Notes: generated by a model not told the origin, from the letters alone. Shown: positions 1-11,967, numbered from the whole stretch's first letter. The stretch: DNA of 63,098 nt, filler included, from Asterionella formosa (GCA_002256025.1; 21 parts of 21 records of this genome joined end to end with filler, not necessarily neighbours in it), one strand, 5' to 3'. Numbers and translations are program-made.

Positions 1-515
1 CCTTTCCTTCTATTTCTATATTGTACTTGCTCGACTTATTGCTGTAGACTATTTGTAGCTGCTCCGAAACGGAGAAGGCCATTGCGGCACATCTCAATTT
101 TGACTCACTACGGCGACATGCAAGGTTAAAATATGCAACAGCTGTTTCTGAACGAAATAACGGATTCAATTCCTTATTGTCAGCTACTCAGCATCCTTTC
201 CTTCTTTTTCTATATTGTACTTGCTAGAGTTATCGCTGTAGACTATTTGTAGCTGCTCCGAAACGGAGAAGGCCATTGCGGCACATCTCAATTTTGACTC
301 ACTACGGCGACATCCAAGGTTGAAATATGCAACAGCTGTTTCTTAACGAAATAACGGATTCAATTCCTTATTGTGAGCTACTCAGCATCCTTTCCTTCTT
401 TTTCTATATTGTACTTGCTCGACTTATTGCTGCAGACTATTTGTAGCTGCTCCGAGACGGAGAAGGCCATTGCGGCGCATCTCAATTTTGACTCACTAGC
501 TACGGCGACATGCAA
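1..515 (+). repeat. Tandem repeat family A, 194-bp unit (about 2.6 copies, cut by the contig edge)
   Basis: Anchor CCTTTCCTTC at 1, 195 and 389; each unit has a CTCCG-AAA-CGGAG mini-hairpin; same family at 33551-33690 and, inverted, at 36427-37428. Confidence 0.95.
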
Positions 516-1063
516 TGCTAAACGATGCTCAACGAGGACCAACAGTGCTTTATTTCCAATCTGGCAGGCTATTGTAATCTCTACAATCAACAATGACTTA
601 ATTATGTGTCTACAACATCAACTACTACTACTACGTGTGCTGAATTCTACAGTGTGAATCTTCCTCTTGCATGTGTTATTCTTTGCCAGTTCAGATCAAA
701 GTGATATGTCGGAGCGGAAAAAATAATAAGTGTATCGGAATTGGCGACTCTTTCGTTCATTATATGGTGAAAGCAGCATAATATTGCGGCAGAGCAGCAT
801 AATTTCGCTTTTAAACTGTTGCGATGGCTAGTTGGTCAACATATATTGTCACGAACACACATAATTATTGGTGTGATCACATAATTATTCGATAAGTGAA
901 ATAAATTTTTGTTTAACCCGAATAAATTAGGGAAAAAGCAGCATAATATTTCAAAAAAGTAACATAATATTTTAGAAAAGTAACATAATATTTTAAAAAA
1001 GTAGCATAAATACGTCACTTTACACATAAATTCGAAAAAGTGCCGTAAACGGCGTCTTAGATG
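1..1063. mobile_element. Terminal segment of a repeated non-coding element carrying satellite A; class unresolved (Helitron-like hairpin end or CA..TG TIR end)
   Basis: Nearly identical to 33551-34233 up to ...GCCGTAAACGGCGTCTTAGATG, after which the flanks differ; 21-bp subterminal repeats (AAAAGTAACATAATATTT) at about 932-1010. Confidence 0.75.
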
Positions 1064-1194
1064 TGGTCTGGAGTGAAGATTGTCCCGAGCGACAACGATG
1101 AGAAGCGTGCGAAACGAAATAATACGGTTGCCTATGCAAGTTTGATTATGGCATGTCAGAGTGGACCGTTTGGATATGTAAATGGTGCCAGAAG
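1064..1194 (+). pseudogene. Copia-type gag fragment, interrupted by the upstream element
   Basis: NTVAYASLIMACQSGPFG.VN.AR is nearly identical to the gag at 9636-10242. Confidence 0.8.
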
Positions 1195-1294
1195 NNNNNN
1201 NNNNNNNNNNNNNNNNNNNNNNNNNNNNNNNNNNNNNNTTAATTAATTAANNNNNNNNNNNNNNNNNNNNNNNNNNNNNNNNNNNNNNNNNNNN
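1195..1294. other. Artificial contig linker (N44-TTAATTAATTAA-N44); 20 such linkers in the window
   Basis: The same 100-nt block with a six-frame stop core starts at 1195, 2488, 3781, 5074, 6367, 7659, 8951, 10243, 11535, 30867, 32159, 33451, 34743, 54075, 55366, 56645, 57936, 59227, 60518 and 61809. Confidence 0.99.
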
Positions 1295-2462
1295 AAGCTT
1301 TCTTATTAAGCCCCTGCCTAACATATTTTTGGGCAAGTGTTTCACTAACCATTTCCTCGTTCTCTTCAGCGCTCTGACGTGCCATATTTATTGGGCTATA
1401 GAACTCTGCCTTTGGTCTGGTTATAACAGGATTTTCCCTTAAAAATTTATCTAAAATGGATTCAAGTTCAGGGTCTTTTTTTACTTTTTGGATGTTTTCC
1501 TGACTGTGTTTTTCTGGTTTTATTTCAAAAACTGAAGTGCTTGGTTTAATTTTGGGCTTCTCTACCTCTAAAATTGGTTTTTGTTCCTCAATATCAAGCT
1601 CATGCTTTTCTGTTTTCTCAATTATTGTTGCCTTTAAATCATTATTTGAAGTGATTTCTGGGCTTTTTTCTGATAAAATTTCAATTTCCTCAATTTCTTC
1701 AATTTCCTCTTCTCCTATGAAAATTGGTTCTGGTTCAGGAATAGATAATCTTGATGCTGTTTCTATATCACCTTCGCCAAAAATAAGACTGAATCCTTGT
1801 TGAAATGTTTTATCTGAATAACTGAGTTTTTTGTAAATGGCATCAAGGAATTCATTTACCTCATAATTCCTTAAACTTTCCAGCATTCCGTTCTCGAGTT
1901 TTTTATCTCTAAAAGGGAAAGTGAATACTGGATTTTGAATGAGAGGAGGTTCAATTAATTCAATATTGGGTTTATTATCCTCCAGTACTTCCTCAGAGAA
2001 ATTAAATACTTCTACAATTGATTCTGATGGCGCTTCAACTACTTGGTCTTTTATTTCTGGTTGAATTAACTCTTCAATTACAGTTGTTTCAACAATTTCA
2101 TTCTTAATCGAAATTGGTTCTTTTATACCGTTAATTCCTAATTGTTCGGCATCTGGGAGAATAGCATTTAGTCCTGAAATTTCTTCTGCTTCTAAATTTT
2201 TTGCTGGCTCTTCTATATTTGAATTTTCAATAGGATGAGTTTCCAAAGTTATTACTTCTTCTGAACTGCTATTTCCTAAAGTTTCAACTTCAAGGGCAAT
2301 TGAATTGATTGCTGCAAATTCTTCTGACTTAGTATTGAATTCATTTACAATGCTTTCTTTTAAGTCGGCATTTGCTTTGTTAGAAAATTCCTCGTGAAAA
2401 ATTGCAATTATTGGTGCATCAGAATGTTGATTGGCAAATTTATTTTCTAAAATAGAGTGTGC
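1295..2462 (-). CDS. Partial bacterial (Bacteroidota-type) acidic hypothetical protein with a TPR-like C-terminus
   Basis: Intronless AT-rich E/I/K-rich frame, open upstream of the listed TTG at 2246; C-terminal ILDKFLRENP...MARQSAEENEEMVSETLAQKYVRQG..KA resembles a conserved Bacteroidota hypothetical family. Confidence 0.7.
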
Positions 2463-3880
2463 TCAACATATTTGATGTACAACTATANNNNNNNNNNNNN
2501 NNNNNNNNNNNNNNNNNNNNNNNNNNNNNNNTTAATTAATTAANNNNNNNNNNNNNNNNNNNNNNNNNNNNNNNNNNNNNNNNNNNNGACAAGTTCAACA
2601 GTGAATACAAGAACTCTATACCAATGAAAACAAGAAACAATAGATATAAAAATTTAATATATGTAGTCAAAAGGGTTACTATTTAAATTACAAGGGCATT
2701 TATCAAAATTATTACATGATATAACGAAAAATTATGATCAGATGATCACAATCCTATGATGGATAATGGAAATATGACAGTTTTTATTTGCAGACATACA
2801 TGTTTACTCACAGGCATGAGACCACCAGGGCCTCCAGGAGTACTGCAATGGCCTGCCACACAAACAAAATCAGCAGTATATCACTCCCATACTCCAAATA
2901 CGGAATCTTCATGCCTTCTACACTCAATTAATTTCACACTCCTCAACATTATGTGAAGTCCTTGTCTTGGACTGGTTCATTTAGGTCGCGTCCTCTTTCT
3001 GTTGGTAAAAAGATTCTCTGTTTGTTTTTCAAATCAGGGAAATACAATTCCCTCAGCTCCAAGGGGCTATCTATACCCAACTACAATCAATTTATTTGAT
3101 GCTGCAAGACACCAATCAAGACAAATGAGATGACAAGGATGACAAAGGTGATGATACAGGTGAGGTGTGAAAATATAATATTCATGGCGAACTTGTATTG
3201 TTCACTGTACTAGCTTGACCATGTTATGAGAGGGAGAACAAAGTCTAGGAAGGTTTCTACATAAAACATTTCAGAGATAAATCTCCGAAATTATGAAAGC
3301 ACTGCAATTTGCAATTTTCAATTTTCGACTTCTTTATGAGAATGCTTAAGTCTGAACTCCTGCCAAGATTCACGAAGAGATGAAGAAGTTAAAAATTAAA
3401 ACAACAGATATTGATCCCTCATTTCACATCACTCAATTGTCATCATGAAACAACATTAATTTAACTAAGAAATCATAAAGACTGATTAGGATTCTTTTAC
3501 AATCAAGGTTGCATATGCTATGTTTCTATCTTTTCAGAATCCTGTAGACCAAGGTATTTTTAACTTGGGTTTAGCATCATGATTTCAGTTTACTAAACTT
3601 GATATTGCTATTTCGTAATTTTCCTCTGGAGATCATTAATCTCTTTTTTCATGTAAGTGCGTTTCTAGCACTTTGCTCTCACTTTCAATTTTCAGCTAGG
3701 CTAGCCAATTCATTCTTTGCTGAATAGAGGACTGCAGGTCACCATCTCTACATATCTGCCACATAGATATAGATTCCAATNNNNNNNNNNNNNNNNNNNN
3801 NNNNNNNNNNNNNNNNNNNNNNNNTTAATTAATTAANNNNNNNNNNNNNNNNNNNNNNNNNNNNNNNNNNNNNNNNNNNN

Positions 3881-4454
3881 GAAGCTGTAGGTCTGTGGCA
3901 GCGGACAGAAAGTTTAACTGCACCTGACAAACAGGACACAGTGCAGGTTCAAACAACTGTTGTGTTGGTCCAACTGTGGCTTTCGATTCATGAGATAATA
4001 CCGCTTCTGTTAATGTTTGAAGTTCATCCTGACACTGAGGCTGAAAGTTAGACATAGCACCCATAAACACAGCCATCATCTGCGCCATATCAGATCGTAT
4101 TGCTTTCAACTCTTCCCGCAGCACTGGAATACCCTCCTCCTCCTCCTTCGATGGCGCAACTTTCAATGATCCAGAGTCTGCCTCAGCCGGATCAGGTCGA
4201 AATTTCCTTTTCTCTCCTGGTATTTTTTTTAGCAACTCCGGTGTTTGGACCGGCCCATCACTCCTGAGGGCGCGTTGTATACGCGGCGTTTTAGTTATGA
4301 ATGCACGCTTTTGAGGAATGGGATTGAATCGCCTTGCCGATAAGGCTGTCAAGGTAGTGGCCGCGTCAATGGCTGGTTTGGTAGTCATGTCAATTTGCGG
4401 TTTCTCATAACGATCCTCCTTATCCAGATGCTTACCTTTTGTCTTACGATTCAT
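3881..4454 (-). CDS. Hypothetical protein, 5' part (basic N-terminus, coiled-coil segment, CPVC); possibly transposon-encoded
   Basis: ATG-initiated ORF of about 190 codons, open to the contig edge; no family recognised. Confidence 0.35.
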
Positions 4455-6118
4455 TATGATGGGAGCTCGACAATGGATGTAACAAATTCACTAAAATGCG
4501 TACCACTGTTGGAACTTATTGCACCTGGCTGATGTGACCTTTTGAAAATATTTGGAGGTTGTGTTTGGGTTTATCATAACCAAATTCGAATAGTGTTGCC
4601 ACAGGCAAACGACCATTTCTTGCCCTTAAATAAACAATACAAGAAAGGATAAGGATACCTCCTATGTAAGGGTTTAGTAACAGGACGTAACTACATTACA
4701 ATAGCACGCCATATGAGCAACAGATAACAGTATGATGGGAGAGGAATTGCACATCGAATGTATTGGAGTAATATACATGTACATATAACCGCTTGCCATA
4801 TATACATATCCAAACCAGATATATATAGACTCATAAAAAGCCAACACTTTTCGACTAAAGCAATATACCCACGCTGTAACCGCGAGCCATAAATATATTG
4901 ATACCATTTATAGTTAAAAACACGTTTTCCACTGAACAAATGTGCCCACGCCTTAACCGCGAGCCATGTATATATATCCACACCATTCATATTATAGATT
5001 CAGAAAGAGCAGCAATTTTTTACTGAAACGCACTACCGGTAGTGGCGCTATGGCTCTGTAACCCTAACCCTAANNNNNNNNNNNNNNNNNNNNNNNNNNN
5101 NNNNNNNNNNNNNNNNNTTAATTAATTAANNNNNNNNNNNNNNNNNNNNNNNNNNNNNNNNNNNNNNNNNNNNAACTATAGCTATGTGGACAGTAGTCTG
5201 TTACGCACATTTTCGTATCTCCTTCTATGCTGAATCGAAATAGTAGATGTAGTATCATGTGAGAATTGAAAATTTCAACGAGAACAAGTACCGGTAGAAT
5301 GTGTCTGTTTACGGGTTGATTGGCGAGATTGTCATGCTGAAGTGGACGAAACAGATATACTTTGTGCGCTGTGTGCGGAAACATTACGAGTTCGAATGGT
5401 TTCTTCTCTCCTGTAAACTCTTAATTGAATGATTATGAACGGGTTGCCTACCACTGGCTAGTAGTACATTTACCTAGTACGGGTAATAACCTACATAACA
5501 TGAAAACTGGGAAGAGGGAGCTTTTTTACCGGTAAGTGTGAGTTCTTCATGTGATGTGTACAACCGTAAAACTTTGATCTCAGATGGATGACATTAGACA
5601 CCACAAATATCCTTACTATTTCATTAAGTAAAATGCGTGTTGCGAATGTATTAATTAGCCTCAAGAGCAGGATCTTATTTGAACTTTCAAATGAATTATT
5701 TGAAACATCAACTAATTCAGTCTCGCATTCAAAATTCATTGTGAAAACTTCACATGAAACAGTTAAAACTTCACATGAAACCGTTAAAAGTAACCTTTTT
5801 TACGTGAAGAGACTAACAGGCCAGGATGGTAAAGATATGCATGGTGTGCAGGAGCTTGAATCTATTGTATAGATATTTGGCTGGCAGACAGGCAACTTCT
5901 ACAAGCAGTAAATGCAGCTGGGAATGAAAGAAATTGTAGAGCTCAAATCAGTAGAATTAAAATTTGCATGACATTTTCCTTTGTGTCTGGTGACACACAG
6001 ATTCATCATGATCTGCGAGTTAAATACCAACTTATGTCTCTCCAGAAATTTGGTTCCCACATGACTTTTTAGTCACTGGTCAACCAGTCCATCATGGCTA
6101 ATCCACTATTACTAACTG

Positions 6119-6366
6119 CCTGTCTCTCAACAGTCCTGCCAGGACTGTTGATGCTCTACTATTCCTAATTTCCTGTCTCTCAACAGTCCTGCCAGGACTG
6201 TTCTTGCTCCACTATGAATATTTTCCTGTCCCATAACCAGCCTGTCTATTGTGGTTACACCACTATTAATAATTTACGGTCCCACAACAGTTCTGTCCAT
6301 TGTGGTTACTCCACTATGAATAACTTCCGCCTGTCTCTCCAAATTGACTGCTGTCAACTGGTGACA
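6119..6366. repeat. Degenerate ~53-bp tandem repeat with internal palindrome AACAGTCCTG-C-CAGGACTGTT
   Basis: TGTCTCTCAACAGTCCTGCCAGGACTGTT at 6121 and 6174, followed by decayed copies. Confidence 0.7.
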
Positions 6367-6466
6367 NNNNNNNNNNNNNNNNNNNNNNNNNNNNNNNNNN
6401 NNNNNNNNNNTTAATTAATTAANNNNNNNNNNNNNNNNNNNNNNNNNNNNNNNNNNNNNNNNNNNN

Positions 6467-6532
6467 TGATTAGTCTGACTCAATATTATTTTATTAACCC
6501 TACCTCGAGCTAGGGGTTCAAATGCAGCAACC
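6467..6532. mobile_element. Terminus of a Kolobok-like DNA transposon, followed by TTAA
   Basis: Reverse complement aligns with the end at 40639 (GAGGTAGGGTTAA..ATATTGAGTCAGA); TIR GGGTTCAAATGCAGCAACC|TTAA. Confidence 0.75.
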
Positions 6533-7167
6533 TTAATCAGTTCTACCTGTACCGGACAAAATGCCTGCTACCCTGGTGGTACCAGGTACCAGGTACCAGG
6601 ATTCTGTGTACCAGGTACCGCCACTGGACAATCATCGTCCGGTATTGTTTGAGAAACCACTGGACGCACTGGTATACCGGTACCTGTACTACGATAGGAA
6701 TATAAGCGTGTGGATGCAGGAGTACCAGTACCTGGTACCTCCTGGTAAAGGATTTGCACAGATATTTGTCGTAGTCACATGATCATTTTCATATTCTATC
6801 GCCTACTACTACATCCTGGAGTGTCTATCATGTACATACAATTACTATGATACCGGTATATCATTACCAGTACCATAAATGCCAAATTCCTTGATTTTTC
6901 TTGTGATGCCTTTCCATCTGAGGTGGATGGCATCCCACCTACAACAGTGACAGAAGAAAAGTTCTTTGGCTTTCTATATACTTCATTGTGCTGGACCCCC
7001 CAATGTACACTGCCGTGACTGAATTTGACTGATTATACTTAAGGGGGGTCCAGGACAATGAAGAGATTTTCCTTATACTAGTCCTAAGTTAATTTTATTA
7101 GTTCTACAGGATGGCGCGCATTTTTCTAATATTAATTAATATGATCACTGTTTCCGAAAAGTGAAAA

Positions 7168-7658
7168 ATGAGAAAGTTCTTCACCTTGCAAGAAAAGCGC
7201 GACATCGTGGATGAAGCATGGGAACTCCCCGGCATCATCAAGGCTGTTGCACGTAAGTATGGCATTGGCGCCAGCAATATTCGGCGCTGGAAAGCTAACT
7301 TTCATGATTTCGAAAATCGTTATTCTGATGTAGAAGGTTTATTGTCGGATGAGGGGCGTCTCCTTCTGAAAAAACAAACTTTTCATTTAGGCAAGTCGCG
7401 TAGCAATAGTTTAACTGAATTTGCGGCGATTCGTCTCTTGTATGATCAGCTTCGTGGTGATGATCGTGCTTGTTCGATCATGTTGCTTGCTGCTGAGCTG
7501 AAGCGCTTGTCGGGACATGTTGCTAGCTTGAGCGTTATTCAACAGCGTGTAGCTCGTTGGTGCACATCCCAAAACATTGTGTATCGTCGTATCACCCACA
7601 AGGCACAAAACACGCGCTATGTACTGAGTGTCATGCAGGAGTATCTCCAGTACATAAA
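7168..7658 (+). CDS. pogo/Tigger-like (Tc1-mariner superfamily) transposase, N-terminal DNA-binding part, truncated by the contig edge
   Basis: HTH (EKRDIV...VARKYGIGASNIRRWK) followed by a CENP-B/Tc5-type HTH ending RRITHKAQ; TIR-like sequence after TA at 7036-7063. Confidence 0.8.
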
Positions 7659-7758
7659 NNNNNNNNNNNNNNNNNNNNNNNNNNNNNNNNNNNNNNNNNN
7701 NNTTAATTAATTAANNNNNNNNNNNNNNNNNNNNNNNNNNNNNNNNNNNNNNNNNNNN

Positions 7759-7969
7759 CTAGACGCTTCAAATCCTTGGCGGTGTAGGGCCAGTCTGAGC
7801 CGCTTCCATCAAAATCAGTTTCATCAAATGTACAAATGGAGCGGGCTGGAAGAAATGAAAAAGCAATGTGGCGCTGCTGCTGCTGCTGCTGAGGAACAAC
7901 AAAGGAATCTGTGACAATGATAGCTGTAGTCCACAGAAGGAGTCTGGGTGATATGCGTTTATTTGTCAT
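7759..7969 (-). CDS. 5' part of a plastid-targeted protein, probably a class I SAM-dependent methyltransferase
   Basis: Signal peptide ending TDS-FVVP (ASAFAP-like diatom plastid motif), then a transit-like region and WPYTAKDLKRL, which resembles the start of a plastid/cyanobacterial Methyltransf_11 family. Confidence 0.55.
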
Positions 7970-9212
7970 TTTGCTTTACCGGTAACTACCGGTAATGCGG
8001 TAGCTAATATATGTAATGAATAATAGTGAATGACAATTGGCAACATCAAAAAACAAGGCCATGTTGCAGTATTCGATTGATTATTGACGAGGCCATCATT
8101 ACATCCTGATGCCTAACCACTATCTTATTGTTGACTCTTCTAAAGAATACAACAACTATGATCCATCGTTTACTATCAGTTACTGGTATATACCGGTAGT
8201 TGTTCGTAAATCGTATTTGGTAGACTACGACCCCTGACTATGTAAACCCTTTACAATTGGTGTAAGATAAACACCTTGTCGTACCAGGTACCAGTACTGT
8301 ACCACCTGGTACCTGGTGCCTGTATTCGGTATTTGCTTAAATAAACAATTTAATATAGGATAAAGATAGCTAAACGCTTAGCTCACAATCATCGCAACTT
8401 GTTGCTGAAATGCCTGTCACTCCTACCACATGGTTGTATGTACGCCTGGATGATAAGTATTATAGGTTGTTTTGTCTTGTAGGTACAGGTATGTATGCAT
8501 AGTTGCTTGCTGGCGGCAGATTAGGAAGACGCCTGAAGAAAGATTCTTTATACAGTAGGTATTCCATTAGCCAAAATAAACCATCGCATCTATTCTAGAT
8601 TTATAATATTCGGTTATGAATATATGGGTAGTATTGCTCAAGATTGTTGCGCCCTCTCTCACGTCTCGTCCTTGTATCAATCAGTGTTTGCTTGTTGCAC
8701 TTTGTACTTCTGCCTTTTTGTTTTCCTGTTTCGTCTGTACATAGCTTGGAATTCATGCCGTCACTATAATAATTATAAAAAATACAAAGGGAAGCATTTC
8801 TAACTCTCTGGTATCTCTCCTAATCATCGCCTCAGCGTTACATTAGACAACCATTTTGTTGCAGTCGTTGTAAATTCTCTCGAACTGAGCATCACATATT
8901 ACGGAAATTTTCAAAGTATGAAGTATTCCCATTCTCCATTGCTTGTTTTGNNNNNNNNNNNNNNNNNNNNNNNNNNNNNNNNNNNNNNNNNNNNTTAATT
9001 AATTAANNNNNNNNNNNNNNNNNNNNNNNNNNNNNNNNNNNNNNNNNNNNGGTTTGGGATTTATTGTTTTTGTTCTCGGTACCAGGTACCGGTACCTGGT
9101 ACCAGCCATAGCTTCTTCGAAGCGGGACTCACCCTACATGATCGCTCGTTGGAAATATATTTGAGTAGCCATGACAAACTTTAGTCCAACAGACTATTCT
9201 ACAGTACAGGGG

Positions 9213-9591
9213 TGTCAAGAATATAGCATCAATGGCTATAATGAGTCACAAGGACTGTGGACTCGATTATAGTCCAATGAGTCAAATGGTGCGTTCCCAT
9301 GTCAAGAAGCTTGCTAACGAGATTGATGTCTTAGATCAATCAGAAGAAGGTTTACATCAACGAAAAGGGAACACGAAGAACAGGTTCTCGAAGTGTGATG
9401 AATGGGATTGAAACTTAGTTTTAGTTTAATCTTATAATTAAGAAACAGTGAGAATTGACAGAGTAAGGTCAATAGCGAAAACTAGCACGAAGGCTAGCAG
9501 CAGAAAGAAGATAACAATACTAGTGGTATAGCAGGTAAGTTCTACGTAAGAGGAACCCGTCAGACGGGAAGGAGTACGAGACCTTTCAACA
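9213..9591 (+). mobile_element. 5' LTR of a Ty1/Copia retrotransposon
   Basis: TGTCAAG...TTCAACA termini; both boundaries are shared with homologs at 25533-25859 (minus) and 41378-41783 (plus); gag follows. Confidence 0.85.
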
Positions 9592-9635
9592 TGCTTTAAA
9601 GCGTTCACTTTTAGGCCACAGGCTACTCAGGAACG

Positions 9636-10242
9636 ATGGGAAGTGACGAAGACACGTCAGTGAGGTTGCCGACATTCGATGGGCAAGATGCTAAATGGCA
9701 CATGTGAAAAGCGAAGTTTCTCGCATACGCGTGCTACAAGAACTTTCAAGGAATACTTAACGGTGACGAACTACCAAGAGGAGAGAAAGACCTAAAGGGC
9801 GATACGATCGTGTTGTCGGATGCTGACGAGAGACGCATCCGAAGGAGCAACACAGTTGCTTACGCAAGTCTGATAATGGCATGCCAGAGTGGGCCATTCG
9901 GACACGTAAATAATGCAAGAAGTGCCGAGTTTCCTAACGGCAATGCTAAAGAAGCATGGGACAAGCTCATTTCTACGTATGAGTCAGGCAACATGGCGAA
10001 TGTCATTGCCTTGTCCCACCAATGGACCAAGTGCACTCTAGGGGAAAACGAGAACCCCGACAGCTGGTATGTGGAGTTGGATCGAATCCGGGAACGATTG
10101 GGCAATACGAGCTCCGCCGTTTCGGATGGTGCCTATGTGGCACACATGATCAACAACCTACCTGAAAGCTACAAGAGTTTGGTAGTAGGAAGGTTCGGCC
10201 TGGCGCGCAACACGCTAACGGTCGAAGAGATTAAGACAGACA
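9636..10242 (+). pseudogene. Copia gag (Retrotran_gag_2/UBN2-like) with a premature stop
   Basis: MGSDEDTSVRLPTFDGQDAKWHM*KAKF with TGA at 9705 where Trp is expected; later AKEAWDKL and MINNLPESYKSLV gag motifs. Confidence 0.85.
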
Positions 10243-11967
10243 NNNNNNNNNNNNNNNNNNNNNNNNNNNNNNNNNNNNNNNNNNNNTTAATTAATTAANN
10301 NNNNNNNNNNNNNNNNNNNNNNNNNNNNNNNNNNNNNNNNNNATCGCCAACTGCTGTTTCACATCGGCCGGCCAGTCAAATATTTGCTGGAAACCAAATG
10401 CAACAAGACACTATCATAATTATAACCTGAATAGAATAAATGTCGTTTGGTATACTTTCTACGGTTGTTGCACCTACATGGACCATGCCACCGGATGTTT
10501 AACGGTTACAATCCTCAGAACGAGCATACCGTCGTTTTCTTCCTTCCCATCATCGCCACTTTCGGGGTTGCACATTCCATAATTGAACGGAAGTTGCAGT
10601 TATTCTACTGTCATATCGTACTTTGTACGTATGTTGAGAATAGATGGTTCGAAGAAAAATGGGTCCTCATGCATCTGCATTTTGCTCGAGATAGCTAAAA
10701 GTGAAAATCGAAAAATCCCAAAAACGGTTTTTTCAAATGTAGTTGCCAATTTTAATCTTTTTATATATAATGTATACATGATTCTGTACCTTAGAACAAG
10801 CCGCACAGTAGGGCAATTGAGCCGGAGCAAATCGTAGGAGTCAAAATGGCCCCGGATAAATTTGAATTATCGATGCAAGTGTTACTAGACAGAGGGAGTA
10901 CCAGGTACACCAGGTACGAGGGTAGAGTGTCCCAGATGACATGTGTACAGCCAACTTGGCATCTTGTCCTTTTGCTTGGTGACGCTGTTTCCTGATAATC
11001 GCCCATACAGACATGATACTTACGAAATTCGCAAATAAGTGTATAAACACAGATGCCAACAGGACAAATGATACAGCATATGTAAAATGCAATGAGAAAA
11101 CAACTACCAGAAGAAATGCCGGTCGTCCGGTATTCTCAGACGATCAATCTTCACTCCAAGCAAGTTCAACATCGAAGTTCTAGATATTCCTTGTTATGCC
11201 CCACAGTTGTCAGGATTCAACAAGTAGGTTCTGGGTAATAATGAGCTTAATGATTAGTTTATCTATATTAGCTCCTAGTCCAAGGGGACTCACAAGGGTC
11301 TTGATGAGAAGGGCATGTACTAGGTGTCAAGAGTCATGCTAGGTGTCATGTTTTAGCCTAGCATTGGTACGTCTATTCTAGAGATAAATCTGTACCAATA
11401 GTTATCACGTAACATATAGCTGCGGGTACTTAATGCAATATGTACTACTACGAGCTACATGCTAGTAACCGTGTGTATAGCATCACGTACTAATCATGAT
11501 CACTCTCGTGTACATGTATATGTACTACGTACGTNNNNNNNNNNNNNNNNNNNNNNNNNNNNNNNNNNNNNNNNNNNNTTAATTAATTAANNNNNNNNNN
11601 NNNNNNNNNNNNNNNNNNNNNNNNNNNNNNNNNNGGGGGGAGAAATGTGGCACGAGCGAATCCTAATGAAACCGACAAGGGCGATAAATAGAGATCCAGA
11701 CTGATTTATCAAGAATGTAACGAAAGGAAGAACCAGAAGGACCGTGTACAGCGTGCCAGTAGTTATAGCAACGATGAATCGACCATGTAAATTGCGATTC
11801 TGAGCCAGTCAGATCACTTTCCACGCTCCACTTTCCCAACTCCAGCAACATAATCATGATGGAACGACCGGGATACTGCCTCCTTCTATCATCTCACTTC
11901 TTTCTTACGAAAAAATACAAAGGGAAGACATCGCTACTCATCAACAGAAAAAAATCTCTCGTAAACC

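Noticed and set aside
1..515. Satellite A as a CRISPR array or ribozyme repeat
   Set aside because: Units are homologous over their whole length, with no unique spacers and no cas genes; I found no hammerhead core on either strand.
1239..1250. TTAATTAATTAA as a biological motif or piggyBac target
   Set aside because: It is the centre of the artificial linker and always lies within Ns.
5174..5279. 106-bp exact match with 33345-33450 as a dispersed repeat or LTR
   Set aside because: It joins one contig end to another contig start, as expected for an assembly-graph overlap.
6561..6782. VPGTRYQ/YLVPG-type small ORFs (also at 15068, 20474, 30391 and 61861)
   Set aside because: These are translations of the stop-poor GGTACC tracts, not a protein family.
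9705..9707. TGA at a Trp position as an alternative genetic code or readthrough
   Set aside because: Other Trp codons in the same ORF are TGG and host genes end in TGA (23089, 29143); a single G-to-A mutation is simpler.
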